Assembly: GCA_016718875.1 (NCBI GenBank)
Contig: JADKBL010000014.1
Coordinates: 6,524 to 70,523 of the forward strand
DNA from: Bacteroidota bacterium
GTDB lineage: Bacteria; Bacteroidota; Bacteroidia; Bacteroidales; VadinHA17
Direction of reading: 5' to 3'
Length of the DNA stretch: 64,000 nt
Positions 43,625-52,415 of the stretch are shown here, in pieces; the first letter of the stretch is position 1, and each line of letters begins with the position of its first letter. The position numbers and the translations under genes are program-made. Below the pieces are notes generated by a model. The model saw only the letters and a list, made by a program, of their open reading frames with translations. It ran no database searches and had not been told where the DNA came from.

Positions 43625-44641
43625 CTATCCGCCGAAATATTCGTTTCCAACCTTACGGGCACGTACCGGTTTGTCAAGGTTTATCCCAAGGGCTATTCCG
43701 GTTTCAACAAGCACATTCCATCCTGCTGTAAGCTGAACATATTCAGCATGTTCTCCTCCATCAGGGATTATTATTGTTGGGAAGATTGTCTGTTTGGTTG
43801 AAATTGCAATAATATTCATCCCGACTCCTTTAACAAGACACTCATTGAATTTTTCCTGCTCGGCTTCAAACGGATCGATCCAGATAAGAACCTCACTCTT
43901 GTCCATCACTTCCTCAATACCATGCACCGCAAAAGTTCCCTCGAGATATGCTGATTTCTTCCTTGTTATCTCATTGGTCTTAAGTGCAAGTTCTTCCGCA
44001 ACACCATTATTGCGTCCTGCAAAATAAATGATGCTGGCTTTCCTGATAATATCCGTTACTGAAGAATCTATTTTAAGTGTAAGTGCCTGTTCTGTTTTAT
44101 CAGCAAGCTCTTTCAACCCTTCCATTTTAACGCCATGAATTTTCCTGAGAAGTGCATCGTAGAAAAGTCCCTGTTCAACAACAGATTTTGTTGCAGCAAC
44201 AGCATCTTCTTTACCGCATGTCAGAACATGTGTTGCATCTGCCAGCTCACCCAGCTTTGTTCCCTGGTTAGCTGTCAGTCCGAATATTGCATTATGATTC
44301 TGCTTCTTCAATGCTGTCACCAGCCTGATAACCTCTTTTGTCTGTCCCGAGTTGGAAGCAGCAAATACCGCGAAATCTTTGAGTCCATATTCCATGGCCT
44401 GGGTACTTCCTTCTGTAACAACAGGCATTGCAAATGATTTCTGCAGCGACCTCTGAATAGCTCTTTTGGCAGGAAATATCCTGCTGCTGCCTTCTCCTGT
44501 GAGGAAGAGTCCCTTCTTCGATTTTACGGCATCAGCAAATTTTCCTGAAAAGCCCTGGTCAAAATTTTTAATAATACCCGGAGTCTCCATCATTTCCCTT
44601 ACAAGGGCATATTTGCTATATTTTTCTTCTTTAAGATTCAT
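43625..44641 (-). CDS. SIS-domain protein (GlmS isomerase-half / GlmD-AgaS-like amino-sugar-6-phosphate deaminase)
   Basis: Two SIS repeats (FLTGEGSSRIFPAK; ASNSGQTKEV) and no glutaminase domain. Confidence 0.7.
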   Translation of the reverse strand: MNLKEEKYSKYALVREMMETPGIIKNFDQGFSGKFADAVKSKKGLFLTGEGSSRIFPAKRAIQRSLQKSFAMPVVTEGSTQAMEYGLKDFAVFAASNSGQTKEVIRLVTALKKQNHNAIFGLTANQGTKLGELADATHVLTCGKEDAVAATKSVVEQGLFYDALLRKIHGVKMEGLKELADKTEQALTLKIDSSVTDIIRKASIIYFAGRNNGVAEELALKTNEITRKKSAYLEGTFAVHGIEEVMDKSEVLIWIDPFEAEQEKFNECLVKGVGMNIIAISTKQTIFPTIIIPDGGEHAEYVQLTAGWNVLVETGIALGINLDKPVRARKVGNEYFGG

Positions 44642-44646
44642 GACAT

Positions 44647-45417
44647 TCAGATTTTATTGATAAGAAATTCATTTAAATCATTCTGGACCTGCGGATCTTT
44701 CTGGAAACCACCACCGAGATGCTGCCAGTATACTTCAGCATACTCAACACCCACCATTTTTCCGTAGTTCTTATTCCCCTGCAGTACAAATCCGAAGAAA
44801 TCATCCATTTTGTGCATATGCTTCATCAGGTCGATCTGCGAAATATGATACCCGAGCATTTTCTTTTTGGTCTCAATAACTGAAGTTACATCAACATAGA
44901 AATGTGGAGGAACAATCTGTGAACCAAGCGGATCCGAAAGAGTTAATGGTGATGAATGGTAGAGCAAAGGAGTTATCTCAACCGGAGGTTCAGAAACAGG
45001 TACCGTATCAAGTGATGAAACCATAGCCGCCGCTTCAACAATGTTAGCTGTGGTACGGTGATCAGTATGATAGTCATTAGGCAGGTGAGTGAAGATCACT
45101 CCCGCTTTTACCTTCCTGATGAGAGATATGACTTTCAGCCTGAATTCCTTTGAATCGAAAAGAAATCCATCCACTCCGCCGAGGGTATAGTATTCCGCAT
45201 CAAGGACAGCTGCAGCCTTCTTTGCCTCTTCAAAACGCACCCTGGCTGTCTCTTCCATATTCATTTTGCAGCCACCCAGGTCGCCTCCGGTCATTGTGGC
45301 AATCACTATTTTGTAGCCTTTGTCCTTCAGAAGCTTCAGTACTCCGGCATTCCACGCTTCAGCATCATCGGGATGTGCATTGATCGACAATGCAACTTTA
45401 TTAAATACTTTGGTCAT
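44647..45417 (-). CDS. PIG-L/LmbE-family N-acetylglucosaminyl deacetylase
   Basis: INAHPDDAE and YHTDHRTTA metal-binding motifs. Confidence 0.8.
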   Translation of the reverse strand: MTKVFNKVALSINAHPDDAEAWNAGVLKLLKDKGYKIVIATMTGGDLGGCKMNMEETARVRFEEAKKAAAVLDAEYYTLGGVDGFLFDSKEFRLKVISLIRKVKAGVIFTHLPNDYHTDHRTTANIVEAAAMVSSLDTVPVSEPPVEITPLLYHSSPLTLSDPLGSQIVPPHFYVDVTSVIETKKKMLGYHISQIDLMKHMHKMDDFFGFVLQGNKNYGKMVGVEYAEVYWQHLGGGFQKDPQVQNDLNEFLINKI

Positions 45418-45432
45418 GATATAAGGTTTTGG

Positions 45433-46641
45433 TTATTTCTTCTTAGCATAAATCTTTTCAAGTCTGACAAACTTTGGCATTTCACCTGCAAGAGGTTTCA
45501 TATAGTCTATGAACTTTGAAGATACATGATTACCTTCTTTATTAAAATAGTCAAGTGGCATCGGTTTGGCTGACACAGCAACTTCCTTAAGAGGTACTTT
45601 GTCAAATGCAATTTTATAAGGTCTGTTCGAAAGACGCTTAATGCTTACCATGACTCCTGATTCTCCCTTCTCAGCAAGCTTAACAGCCTCAACGCCGCAT
45701 TGATAAGCCTCCTCGAGATCGACCTCTGATGCCCTTGCAAAGTCGCTCATTATAAGTGATTCTGTAATCTGGAACTCACCGCGGTAACCGAATTCATCAA
45801 CTATCATCCGGTGGAGATTTGTTGCAACACTTGCTCCGCCCATTGCACCGAATTCTGTATTGTTGAACTTATCCTTAGTTGTTGATGCACTTACAGCCGT
45901 TCCGTCAGCATATTTCAATCCTTCACCGCATACAATTGAAACCCATCCATATGACTTAATACATTTGTCAACATCTTTCAGGAACTTGTCACGGTTGAAA
46001 TGAAACTCCGGACAATAAATAAGGTGAGGTGCATCTTCCTCGCTTTTCCTTGCCATGGCAGTAGCTGCTGCAAGCCAGCCTGCATCTCTTCCTATTGTCT
46101 GGTAAATCACAAATTTATCAACCCGCTGCATATCCCTTGCAAGTACTCCGCCCTGTAAAACATTAAGAATATTTGAACGTGCAGCAGAAGCAAAACCCGG
46201 GGTATGGTCAGTGCCAAACAGGTCATTGTCAACTGTTTTTGGAATTCCTATCCCGTGCAGTTCATATTTTTGTTTTTTACAATATTCTTCCACTCTGTGA
46301 ATTGTATCCATGGTATCATTACCTCCAATAAGGAAAAAATACCTGATATTGAACTTTTTCAGTACATTCAGGATAACAGGAAAATCCTTCTCCTGAACTT
46401 TATGACGCGATGATCCAAGTGCTGAAGATGGCGTTTTACGCAAACCCTTAATAACTTTGGAGGGTTGCTTGCCAAGGTCGAAAATCAGCTCCTGCATGAA
46501 TCCTTCTATCCCATAGTTCATCCCATAAATATTCTGTATTAAGGCCGATTTCATTGCCTTCTCAATCACTCCCGCCAGACTTGAATTAATTACAGATGTC
46601 GGTCCGCCTGACTGTCCAATAAGTGCATTCCCTTTGATCAT
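45433..46641 (-). CDS. pfp: 6-phosphofructokinase, predicted pyrophosphate-dependent
   Basis: GQSGGPTSVINSSL. GGNDT has Asp at the position equivalent to E. coli Gly104, and GIPKTVDNDL has Lys at the Gly124 position. The ATG at 46641 is preferred over the GTG at 46743, which lies in a repeat. Confidence 0.8.
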   Translation of the reverse strand: MIKGNALIGQSGGPTSVINSSLAGVIEKAMKSALIQNIYGMNYGIEGFMQELIFDLGKQPSKVIKGLRKTPSSALGSSRHKVQEKDFPVILNVLKKFNIRYFFLIGGNDTMDTIHRVEEYCKKQKYELHGIGIPKTVDNDLFGTDHTPGFASAARSNILNVLQGGVLARDMQRVDKFVIYQTIGRDAGWLAAATAMARKSEEDAPHLIYCPEFHFNRDKFLKDVDKCIKSYGWVSIVCGEGLKYADGTAVSASTTKDKFNNTEFGAMGGASVATNLHRMIVDEFGYRGEFQITESLIMSDFARASEVDLEEAYQCGVEAVKLAEKGESGVMVSIKRLSNRPYKIAFDKVPLKEVAVSAKPMPLDYFNKEGNHVSSKFIDYMKPLAGEMPKFVRLEKIYAKKK

Positions 46642-46740
46642 AATTTTTAGAATTCTTTTTTTAATATTATTCGTTAATTCCAAGTACGTTTTAATTCCCT
46701 GATACTTTAAAACCACCTCTTGCAGTGTACCTTCAAAACC

Positions 46741-46805
46741 CACCCCTTGCCCCTCCCTCCTTCTTCTGGGCCATTGCGCCGTTGTGCCGTTGCGCCGTTG
46801 CGCCG
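46741..46805 (-). repeat. CGCAACGG octamer x4 plus GGGAG words, directly after a stop codon
   Basis: The minus strand reads gcggcgcaacggcgcaacggcacaacggcgcaatgg...ggagggaggggcaaggggtg, starting 1 nt after the stop of the 46806..47459 gene. Confidence 0.6.
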
Positions 46806-47459
46806 CTACACAAACTTCAGCATCCCGAAATATTCCGGCTGATGGTAATCGGGATTCTCAGTCCCAACCGGATTCCATGTAACATAGTGTGGCACTGAAA
46901 GCATATCACCACATTTGTAGAAATTGGCCCTGAAGGTTTTCCCTTTAAGATCACCGATCTTATGATGGAAGAATACATCAACCGGGATTGCTATGGTTAT
47001 TGACCATTCAAACTTTCCCGTTTTTTCCTTTACAGGTTTATCTCCAACAGTGCTCTTTCTTCTTATCCTTGAAATGATTGCAGGATCAGCTCTTTTGCTG
47101 TCAGCCCTTCCGGTTCCTGTTCCTAACAAAATGGTACCAATGCCGTTAAATTCAAGATTATAATATATCCCGTCATTTTCAGGAGACACAAAGAATTCAA
47201 CACAGGAATCTTCGCAGACCATCTGGTTGGACTCAGTTTTTTCAGCTTTAAAATAATCTTCTGTAACATAATATTTCAGAAAGATTTCCCTGTCGCCATA
47301 TGCAATAGTAAGCTTTACATCAGGTTTGTATTCATATCCTTTCCAGTTGAGGGTATTTATCTGAAGCTTCTCATCCTGTTTATCGAGAGCTACAGAAACT
47401 TCATCAAGATCAGGTATTTCTTTACTAAACCGGATCTTCTTTACTTCTGCAATTTTCAT
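46806..47459 (-). CDS. CBM9-like carbohydrate-binding family protein
   Basis: The pattern DREIFLKYYV...CEDSCVEFFVSP...YYNLEFNGIG resembles CBM9-like modules. The assignment is from memory. Confidence 0.5.
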   Translation of the reverse strand: MKIAEVKKIRFSKEIPDLDEVSVALDKQDEKLQINTLNWKGYEYKPDVKLTIAYGDREIFLKYYVTEDYFKAEKTESNQMVCEDSCVEFFVSPENDGIYYNLEFNGIGTILLGTGTGRADSKRADPAIISRIRRKSTVGDKPVKEKTGKFEWSITIAIPVDVFFHHKIGDLKGKTFRANFYKCGDMLSVPHYVTWNPVGTENPDYHQPEYFGMLKFV

Positions 47460-47525
47460 TCTGAGTATGGTTTGTTCAGGTGTTGGTACACCAAATTTAC
47501 AATTATTTTTATTACCCGTAAAAGG

Positions 47526-48479
47526 TTATTGTTTCTTAAGCTCATTCCATCCAAGAGCTGCTGCACCAAGTACTGCAGCATTGCTTTCGGAAATTCCTGA
47601 TGGCAGAATCTTCACTGTTCCTCTGAAAATTGGCATCACATTTTTGTCAACATATTCCCTGACCGGATTAAAGAGAATGTCTCCGGCTTTTGTAAGACCT
47701 CCGAATAAAAAAACAGCTTCAGGACTTGAGAAGACAACTGAATTGACAATCGCCAAACCAAGCATTTCGGCTGTGTAATTCATTGCCTTTACAGCAACAG
47801 TATCTTTTTTAGAAGCAGCCTCTGCAACAATCTTTGATGTAAGTGCCGATGGTGCAATATCCCTGAGAGGGCTCTCATCCTTTGTATCACAAAGAATCTG
47901 AAGGACTGTCCTTACCATTCCAGATGCCGATGCATAAGTCTCAAGACAACCTTTTTTGCCGCATCCGCATTCCCTGCCACCGGGAACTACAGTTGTATGC
48001 CCCAGCTCTCCGGCAAATGCAGTATGGCCGTAAAGAACTTCACCATTTATAACTATTCCACTGCCCAAACCTGTACCGAGTGTAAGGACAATGAAATTCT
48101 TCATGTCCCTGGCGCCTCCGAAAACCATCTCCCCAACAGCTGCGGCATTAGCGTCATTTGTTACAACTACAGGAATTTTGCTCTTTTTCTTCATCATTTC
48201 AGCAAGGGGAACAATCCCTTTCCATGGAAGATTGGGTGCAAGTTCAATTGTACCCTTGTAATAATGTGCATTAGGTGCACCGATTCCAATCCCGATAAGA
48301 TCGTGATCCTCTTTTACAAGTTTACTGATTGCACCTGAAAGGGCTGTAACAAAATCATTGATATCGGGATAGTCCCTTGTTAATATTCTGTCTTCAGAAA
48401 GAACCTTGCCTGATTTGTCAACGAGACCATATATGGTATTTGTTCCGCCTATATCAACACCGGCTACAACCTGTTTCAT
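47526..48479 (-). CDS. ROK-family sugar kinase (paralogue 2)
   Basis: GVDIGGTNTIYG, NDANAAAVGE and CGCGKKGCLETYAS. It is clearly similar to the 42609..43583 product. Confidence 0.85.
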   Translation of the reverse strand: MKQVVAGVDIGGTNTIYGLVDKSGKVLSEDRILTRDYPDINDFVTALSGAISKLVKEDHDLIGIGIGAPNAHYYKGTIELAPNLPWKGIVPLAEMMKKKSKIPVVVTNDANAAAVGEMVFGGARDMKNFIVLTLGTGLGSGIVINGEVLYGHTAFAGELGHTTVVPGGRECGCGKKGCLETYASASGMVRTVLQILCDTKDESPLRDIAPSALTSKIVAEAASKKDTVAVKAMNYTAEMLGLAIVNSVVFSSPEAVFLFGGLTKAGDILFNPVREYVDKNVMPIFRGTVKILPSGISESNAAVLGAAALGWNELKKQ

Positions 48480-48483
48480 AGTT

Positions 48484-48491
48484 CAAACTTA
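48484..48491 (-). promoter_or_regulatory. -7 box TAAGTTTG
   Basis: Exact TAnnTTTG on the minus strand, ending 4 nt before the ROK ATG (near-leaderless). Confidence 0.35.
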
Positions 48492-48544
48492 TTTATTACT
48501 ATATATTTTTTAATATCTACTCATGCCAAGTGGAAACTGCCTAG

Positions 48545-49060
48545 CTATTTTTTACTTCCTAACGACTTCATTTTAACATCCTTCTCATACCTGACTCCTA
48601 CATCCCAATCCTGATCAATCTCAAATTTTGCTTTTACCTCTATCTCTTTAGAATAGTAAGAAACAGCTTCAGGCATTCTCCCTTTTGTAAAATCCCCGGT
48701 TGTCCATTTCCCGTTTCCATCAGTATCAAATATGATTTTCGCCCTGTAATTGCCGGGTTCAAGCAGAGGAAATTCAACTTTCCCGTCACCATTTCGCTTT
48801 GCTTCTCTTATCAGGTTTTTCTCTGTCTTATCCAGAAGCTGAATTATCAAATCACCCTCGCTGTTCTTAATAGTGAAAACAAGTTTGCTGTATGTATCGA
48901 CAGACTTCTGGGAAATCTTTATACCTATTGAGTCGGAGCATTCTCCGTAGTAATTCTGTAAAAGCACCTGAATCTGCTTCGAAGAAATACTTTTTATCAG
49001 GCAGTATGTCGAAATCAAAATAATACTTTGTTGATGTAATAGAGTCTTTTCTGAAAACAA
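48545..49060 (-). CDS. C-terminal part of a frameshifted Ig-like-domain lipoprotein
   Basis: The region from YYGECSDSIGIKI onward (KLVFTIKNSEGDLIIQLL...LEPGNYRAKIIFDTDGNGKWTTGD) continues the upstream ORF in the +1 frame. Confidence 0.65.
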   Translation of the reverse strand: MFSEKTLLHQQSIILISTYCLIKSISSKQIQVLLQNYYGECSDSIGIKISQKSVDTYSKLVFTIKNSEGDLIIQLLDKTEKNLIREAKRNGDGKVEFPLLEPGNYRAKIIFDTDGNGKWTTGDFTKGRMPEAVSYYSKEIEVKAKFEIDQDWDVGVRYEKDVKMKSLGSKK

Positions 49061-50378
49061 ACGGGACTTTTAATGTGTCTTTCTTTATAATATCAACCAA
49101 TTTTATCATTGATGTATCAGGCTCACGGAGAGGAGTTTCTGCCTTGAACATTATCTGCTGGCCCGGTTTTGTTAATCCTCCGGGTATATTGTTTGTAATC
49201 TGAAGCGATACAGGCTTTTTAATAACCGACGATTTGGTTGCCTTGGGCGGAACATACCTTAACTGTACGGTATCGGTCTTAGTTTCCACTACTTTAGCCG
49301 TATCAGTTGCCGGGTAACGGAGAATTGTTGTTACCTGATTCTGATTGTACAAAGCTGAGTCGGTAAGCCAGACAATCAATGTATCTCTCTGAATACCGCG
49401 TTCGATCAGGTATGAGTTACTGTCAGCGTCCGGAATTCTAAATTCAAATTCCATTGTGTCGGGAGGCAGTGAGAGTACATATTCAAGTTTATTCTTTAGT
49501 TTTCTTTCTGATGACTGCAGAAATCTGGCAGTAGGCGCCTCAGTATAAAGCATCAGCTTGTTTTTGCCTGTAAGCGGAATTGTATCTTTGGGGTTTATCT
49601 TCGGTGTGAGCTTTTTGGTGGTTTTTACAGGTGGCGCTTTTATAATCGTAACTGTATCTTTTACAACCGGAATCCAGTTACTGTCAGCAGTAACGTATAT
49701 TGGTTCATTCAAAAAAGCAAATGCTTCTGTTTCAAGATTATATGTCTTGTTGTTATCGGCATCCTCCAAAGCATATAACCGGTATTTACCAGGTCTGACA
49801 TTATTTAAGCGATAATAGCCAAAACGGTCGATAAGTGCAATATAATCAGGCATCTGCTTTTTTACAGCAGAATCAGCAAGTACTCTGTGCATAAGAACAA
49901 AAACCTTTTCAGGAACCTCAAGGTTATCAGCCAGGAATACATTGCCGGTTACAGAGAGTGAATCAAGCACATCACCTGTCGAAAAAACAAACGAATAATC
50001 TTCAAGTATATTCCCTTCATTCAAATCTTTTATTGCATCCTGGAAGTTAAGTAAATAGGTAGTGCTGTCCTTAAAATCCTCTTCGAATTCAGCAATAACG
50101 GTTTTGCCTCTTATCCACACTTTTGGTTTCTTCTTGGAAGGAGGAGAAACCAGCAGATTATCATTGATGTTGTCCAGTGCAACATATTCATTTAAAGTAA
50201 TTTCGACCTTATATCCTGAATATCCGGTTCCCCCATAAGGAGGTACTGTCTCAACAACAACCGGCGGTTCTTTGTCTCTCGGGCCTCCTGATGGTCTTCC
50301 AATTTTAGCACATGAATTGGCCAGCAGAAATATCAGAATAATTATATGAAACCGTATCAGAATGGATTTACTCATCAA
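48867..50378 (-). CDS. N-terminal part of a frameshifted Ig-like-domain (SbsA_Ig-type) lipoprotein
   Basis: Lipobox LLANSC, then PPVVVETVPPYGGTGY. The last ~30 codons look non-native. Confidence 0.7.
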   Translation of the reverse strand: MMSKSILIRFHIIILIFLLANSCAKIGRPSGGPRDKEPPVVVETVPPYGGTGYSGYKVEITLNEYVALDNINDNLLVSPPSKKKPKVWIRGKTVIAEFEEDFKDSTTYLLNFQDAIKDLNEGNILEDYSFVFSTGDVLDSLSVTGNVFLADNLEVPEKVFVLMHRVLADSAVKKQMPDYIALIDRFGYYRLNNVRPGKYRLYALEDADNNKTYNLETEAFAFLNEPIYVTADSNWIPVVKDTVTIIKAPPVKTTKKLTPKINPKDTIPLTGKNKLMLYTEAPTARFLQSSERKLKNKLEYVLSLPPDTMEFEFRIPDADSNSYLIERGIQRDTLIVWLTDSALYNQNQVTTILRYPATDTAKVVETKTDTVQLRYVPPKATKSSVIKKPVSLQITNNIPGGLTKPGQQIMFKAETPLREPDTSMIKLVDIIKKDTLKVPFVFRKDSITSTKYYFDFDILPDKKYFFEADSGAFTELLRRMLRLNRYKDFPEVCRYIQQTCFHY

Positions 50379-50403
50379 TTACAAATAATTATAATAGCAG
50401 TTA

Positions 50404-50411
50404 CAAACATA
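50404..50411 (-). promoter_or_regulatory. -7 box TATGTTTG
   Basis: Exact TAnnTTTG on the minus strand, 26 nt upstream of the start at 50378. Confidence 0.35.
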
Positions 50412-50457
50412 CCATATTTTTTAAAGAAAAAACCAGAAATCAGCTCTTGTTCCATGT

Positions 50458-50510
50458 CACAGGTTTCAGGTTTTGATCCGACCCGGAAACATAAACCTGT
50501 AACCTGTAAC
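50458..50510. repeat. ACAGGTT-word hairpin
   Basis: cacaggtttcaggtttt ... aaacctgtaacctgtaac. Each arm is two copies of a 7-nt word. Confidence 0.55.
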
Positions 50511-50524
50511 TAAAATAAATTTTC

Positions 50525-50532
50525 TACCTTTG
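50525..50532 (+). promoter_or_regulatory. -7 box TACCTTTG
   Basis: Exact TAnnTTTG 25 nt upstream of the lgt ATG. Confidence 0.4.
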
Positions 50533-50556
50533 GTCCCAATGTAAAAATTATCACAC

Positions 50557-51363
50557 ATGTTCTTCCAAATCGTACCCTGGGATGTCAATCCTGAAATATT
50601 CCGGATAGGTTCTTTCGCCGTAAGGTGGTATGGCCTCCTTTTTGCCTCCTCTTTCTTCTTTGGATATATTATTATGAATAAGATATTCCGGAATGAGAAC
50701 CTTGGAGAGGATGTCCTGGACAGGCTGACAATATATATGGCTATCGGTGTAATTGCAGGAGCCAGAATCGGGCATTGTCTATTTTATGAACCCGCCTATT
50801 ATCTTCAGAATCCTCTTGAAATACTTATGATCTGGCACGGAGGACTTGCAAGTCATGGTGCTTCAATAGGTATACTTATCGCCCTCTGGATGTTTAAGAA
50901 TAAAGAGAAGAAAGATTATCTCTGGATCCTCGACAGAATTGCAATAGTTGTAGCTCTTTCCGGTTTCTTTATCAGAATGGGAAACCTGATGAACTCTGAA
51001 ATATATGGCGTTGAGACTACAGTTCCCTGGGGTTTTGTTTTCCTGAGAAACCACGAAGTTGCCCCAAAACATCCTACACAGATATATGAAGCACTGGTTT
51101 ATCTCTCAATTTTCATATTGCTGTACCGTATCTACTGGTCAAAGAAAGGAGAACATATACAGGGGCTGCTGATAAGCCTGTTATGTATCATGATTTTCAC
51201 AGCCCGGTTTTTTATAGAGTTCCTCAAAGAAGATCAGGTTGCCTTTGAAGCTACAATGAAGATCAACATGGGCCAATGGCTGAGTATCCCATTTATTTTG
51301 CTGGGAGTCTACTGGTTATACATAAGTGTCAAAAGAAATAAACGGGCAGTTATAAAGAGATAA
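50557..51363 (+). CDS. lgt: prolipoprotein diacylglyceryl transferase
   Basis: WDVNPEIFRIGSFAVRWYGLLF, WHGGLASHGA and a multi-TM profile. Confidence 0.9.
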   Translation: MFFQIVPWDVNPEIFRIGSFAVRWYGLLFASSFFFGYIIMNKIFRNENLGEDVLDRLTIYMAIGVIAGARIGHCLFYEPAYYLQNPLEILMIWHGGLASHGASIGILIALWMFKNKEKKDYLWILDRIAIVVALSGFFIRMGNLMNSEIYGVETTVPWGFVFLRNHEVAPKHPTQIYEALVYLSIFILLYRIYWSKKGEHIQGLLISLLCIMIFTARFFIEFLKEDQVAFEATMKINMGQWLSIPFILLGVYWLYISVKRNKRAVIKR

Positions 51364-51948
51364 CTATTTCTTTTTCAGGATCCCGTTAAACAGAACATCA
51401 AGAATAGCATTAAGCCTGTTCTCAATATTTACCTCTTTTTTCATCCAGAACAGGGGAACTTCCAGTCCCTTAAGAGTTGTCTGAATTGCAAGGGCCGTAT
51501 ACTCACTGTTTGCAATGGAAAAAACATTTTTCCTATATCCGTCATACAGTATTAACCTCAGTATAGCAAGCTCTTCCCGGTCATATTTCTCACGTATTGT
51601 TTCTATAAAATCAAAGTGATCGAGGTTCTTGTCAAAGATCGCATTATAGTAATTTGAAAGTTTTTCGAACGATTTCATTCTGACAAAAACATATTTTCGC
51701 ATCTTGTCAGTAGGAGATTCAACTGACTTTATAGCGGTAGTAAGCTCATTTCTAAGGATGTTAGCCTCATGAAGCACTACTGCCTCAAAGATCTCCTCCT
51801 TGCTTTCAAAATAGTAATAAATTGAACTTTTTCCCATTTTAAGAGCCCTGGCTATCTCATCCATGGTGGTTTTCCTGAACCCGTAATGACTGAAAATCTG
51901 ACCCGCTGTCAGTATAACCTTCTTTCTAAACTCCTCTTTATCAATCAT
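51364..51948 (-). CDS. TetR/AcrR-family transcriptional regulator
   Basis: HTH region FSHYGFRKTTMDEIARALKMGKSSIYYYF. The ATG at 51948 is preferred over the track start at 52014. Confidence 0.8.
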   Translation of the reverse strand: MIDKEEFRKKVILTAGQIFSHYGFRKTTMDEIARALKMGKSSIYYYFESKEEIFEAVVLHEANILRNELTTAIKSVESPTDKMRKYVFVRMKSFEKLSNYYNAIFDKNLDHFDFIETIREKYDREELAILRLILYDGYRKNVFSIANSEYTALAIQTTLKGLEVPLFWMKKEVNIENRLNAILDVLFNGILKKK

Positions 51949-51983
51949 ATACCAAAATCCCGTTATGTCCCTGTTGAAAGAAA

Positions 51984-51991
51984 CAAAGATA
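51984..51991 (-). promoter_or_regulatory. -7 box TATCTTTG
   Basis: Exact TAnnTTTG on the minus strand, 36 nt upstream of the TetR ATG. Confidence 0.35.
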
Positions 51992-52107
51992 ATAAATAAT
52001 AAATGTTTAAACAAGTTTTCGAATGATTCGGTCGAGAATTCGAAAAAGATAATTTATACCTTTCCCCCCGAATATCTAGATGAGACTGTGACAAATTCAA
52101 AAATCCA

Positions 52108-52212
52108 TTAACCACAGAGAGCACAGGGGAAATTCACAGAGGTCACAGAGAAATAAACATCAAGGATTTACCTTTGTGTCCTTTGAATTTCCTTTGTGTC
52201 CTCTGTGGTTAA
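52108..52212. repeat. TTAACCACAGAG-TIR element, copy 5
   Basis: ttaaccacagagagcaca ... tgtgtcctctgtggttaa, with internal cacagag and cctttgtgtcc words. Confidence 0.8.
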
Positions 52213-52371
52213 AAAGCTTTTTCAACAACCTCAACTTATGCTATTTATTCCTGTTCCTAAACTATGCTAAAGCTGATGGCAAGAGTTCAGGGTATATTTA
52301 TTCATCATTCCCTTACCTGTTTGCATAATCTGCGCAATTTTAGAAATCAATTCTTTTTCACTATTATTTAG

Positions 52372-52379
52372 TAATTTTG
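52372..52379 (+). promoter_or_regulatory. -7 box TAATTTTG
   Basis: Exact TAnnTTTG 37 nt upstream of the mtnA ATG. Confidence 0.4.
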
Positions 52380-52415
52380 AGCTTAATTCAATTTTTTAAG
52401 AAAATTTCTGCAGCA

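Noticed and set aside
46642-46743. The GTG 46743 start for the phosphofructokinase, and likewise the extended track starts at 1201, 10102, 11134, 35618, 39027, 52014, 52377, 57621 and 60243.
   Set aside because: The extensions overlap neighbouring genes or repeat elements, or precede obvious signal peptides or conserved N-termini. Internal ATG codons give family-typical N-termini.
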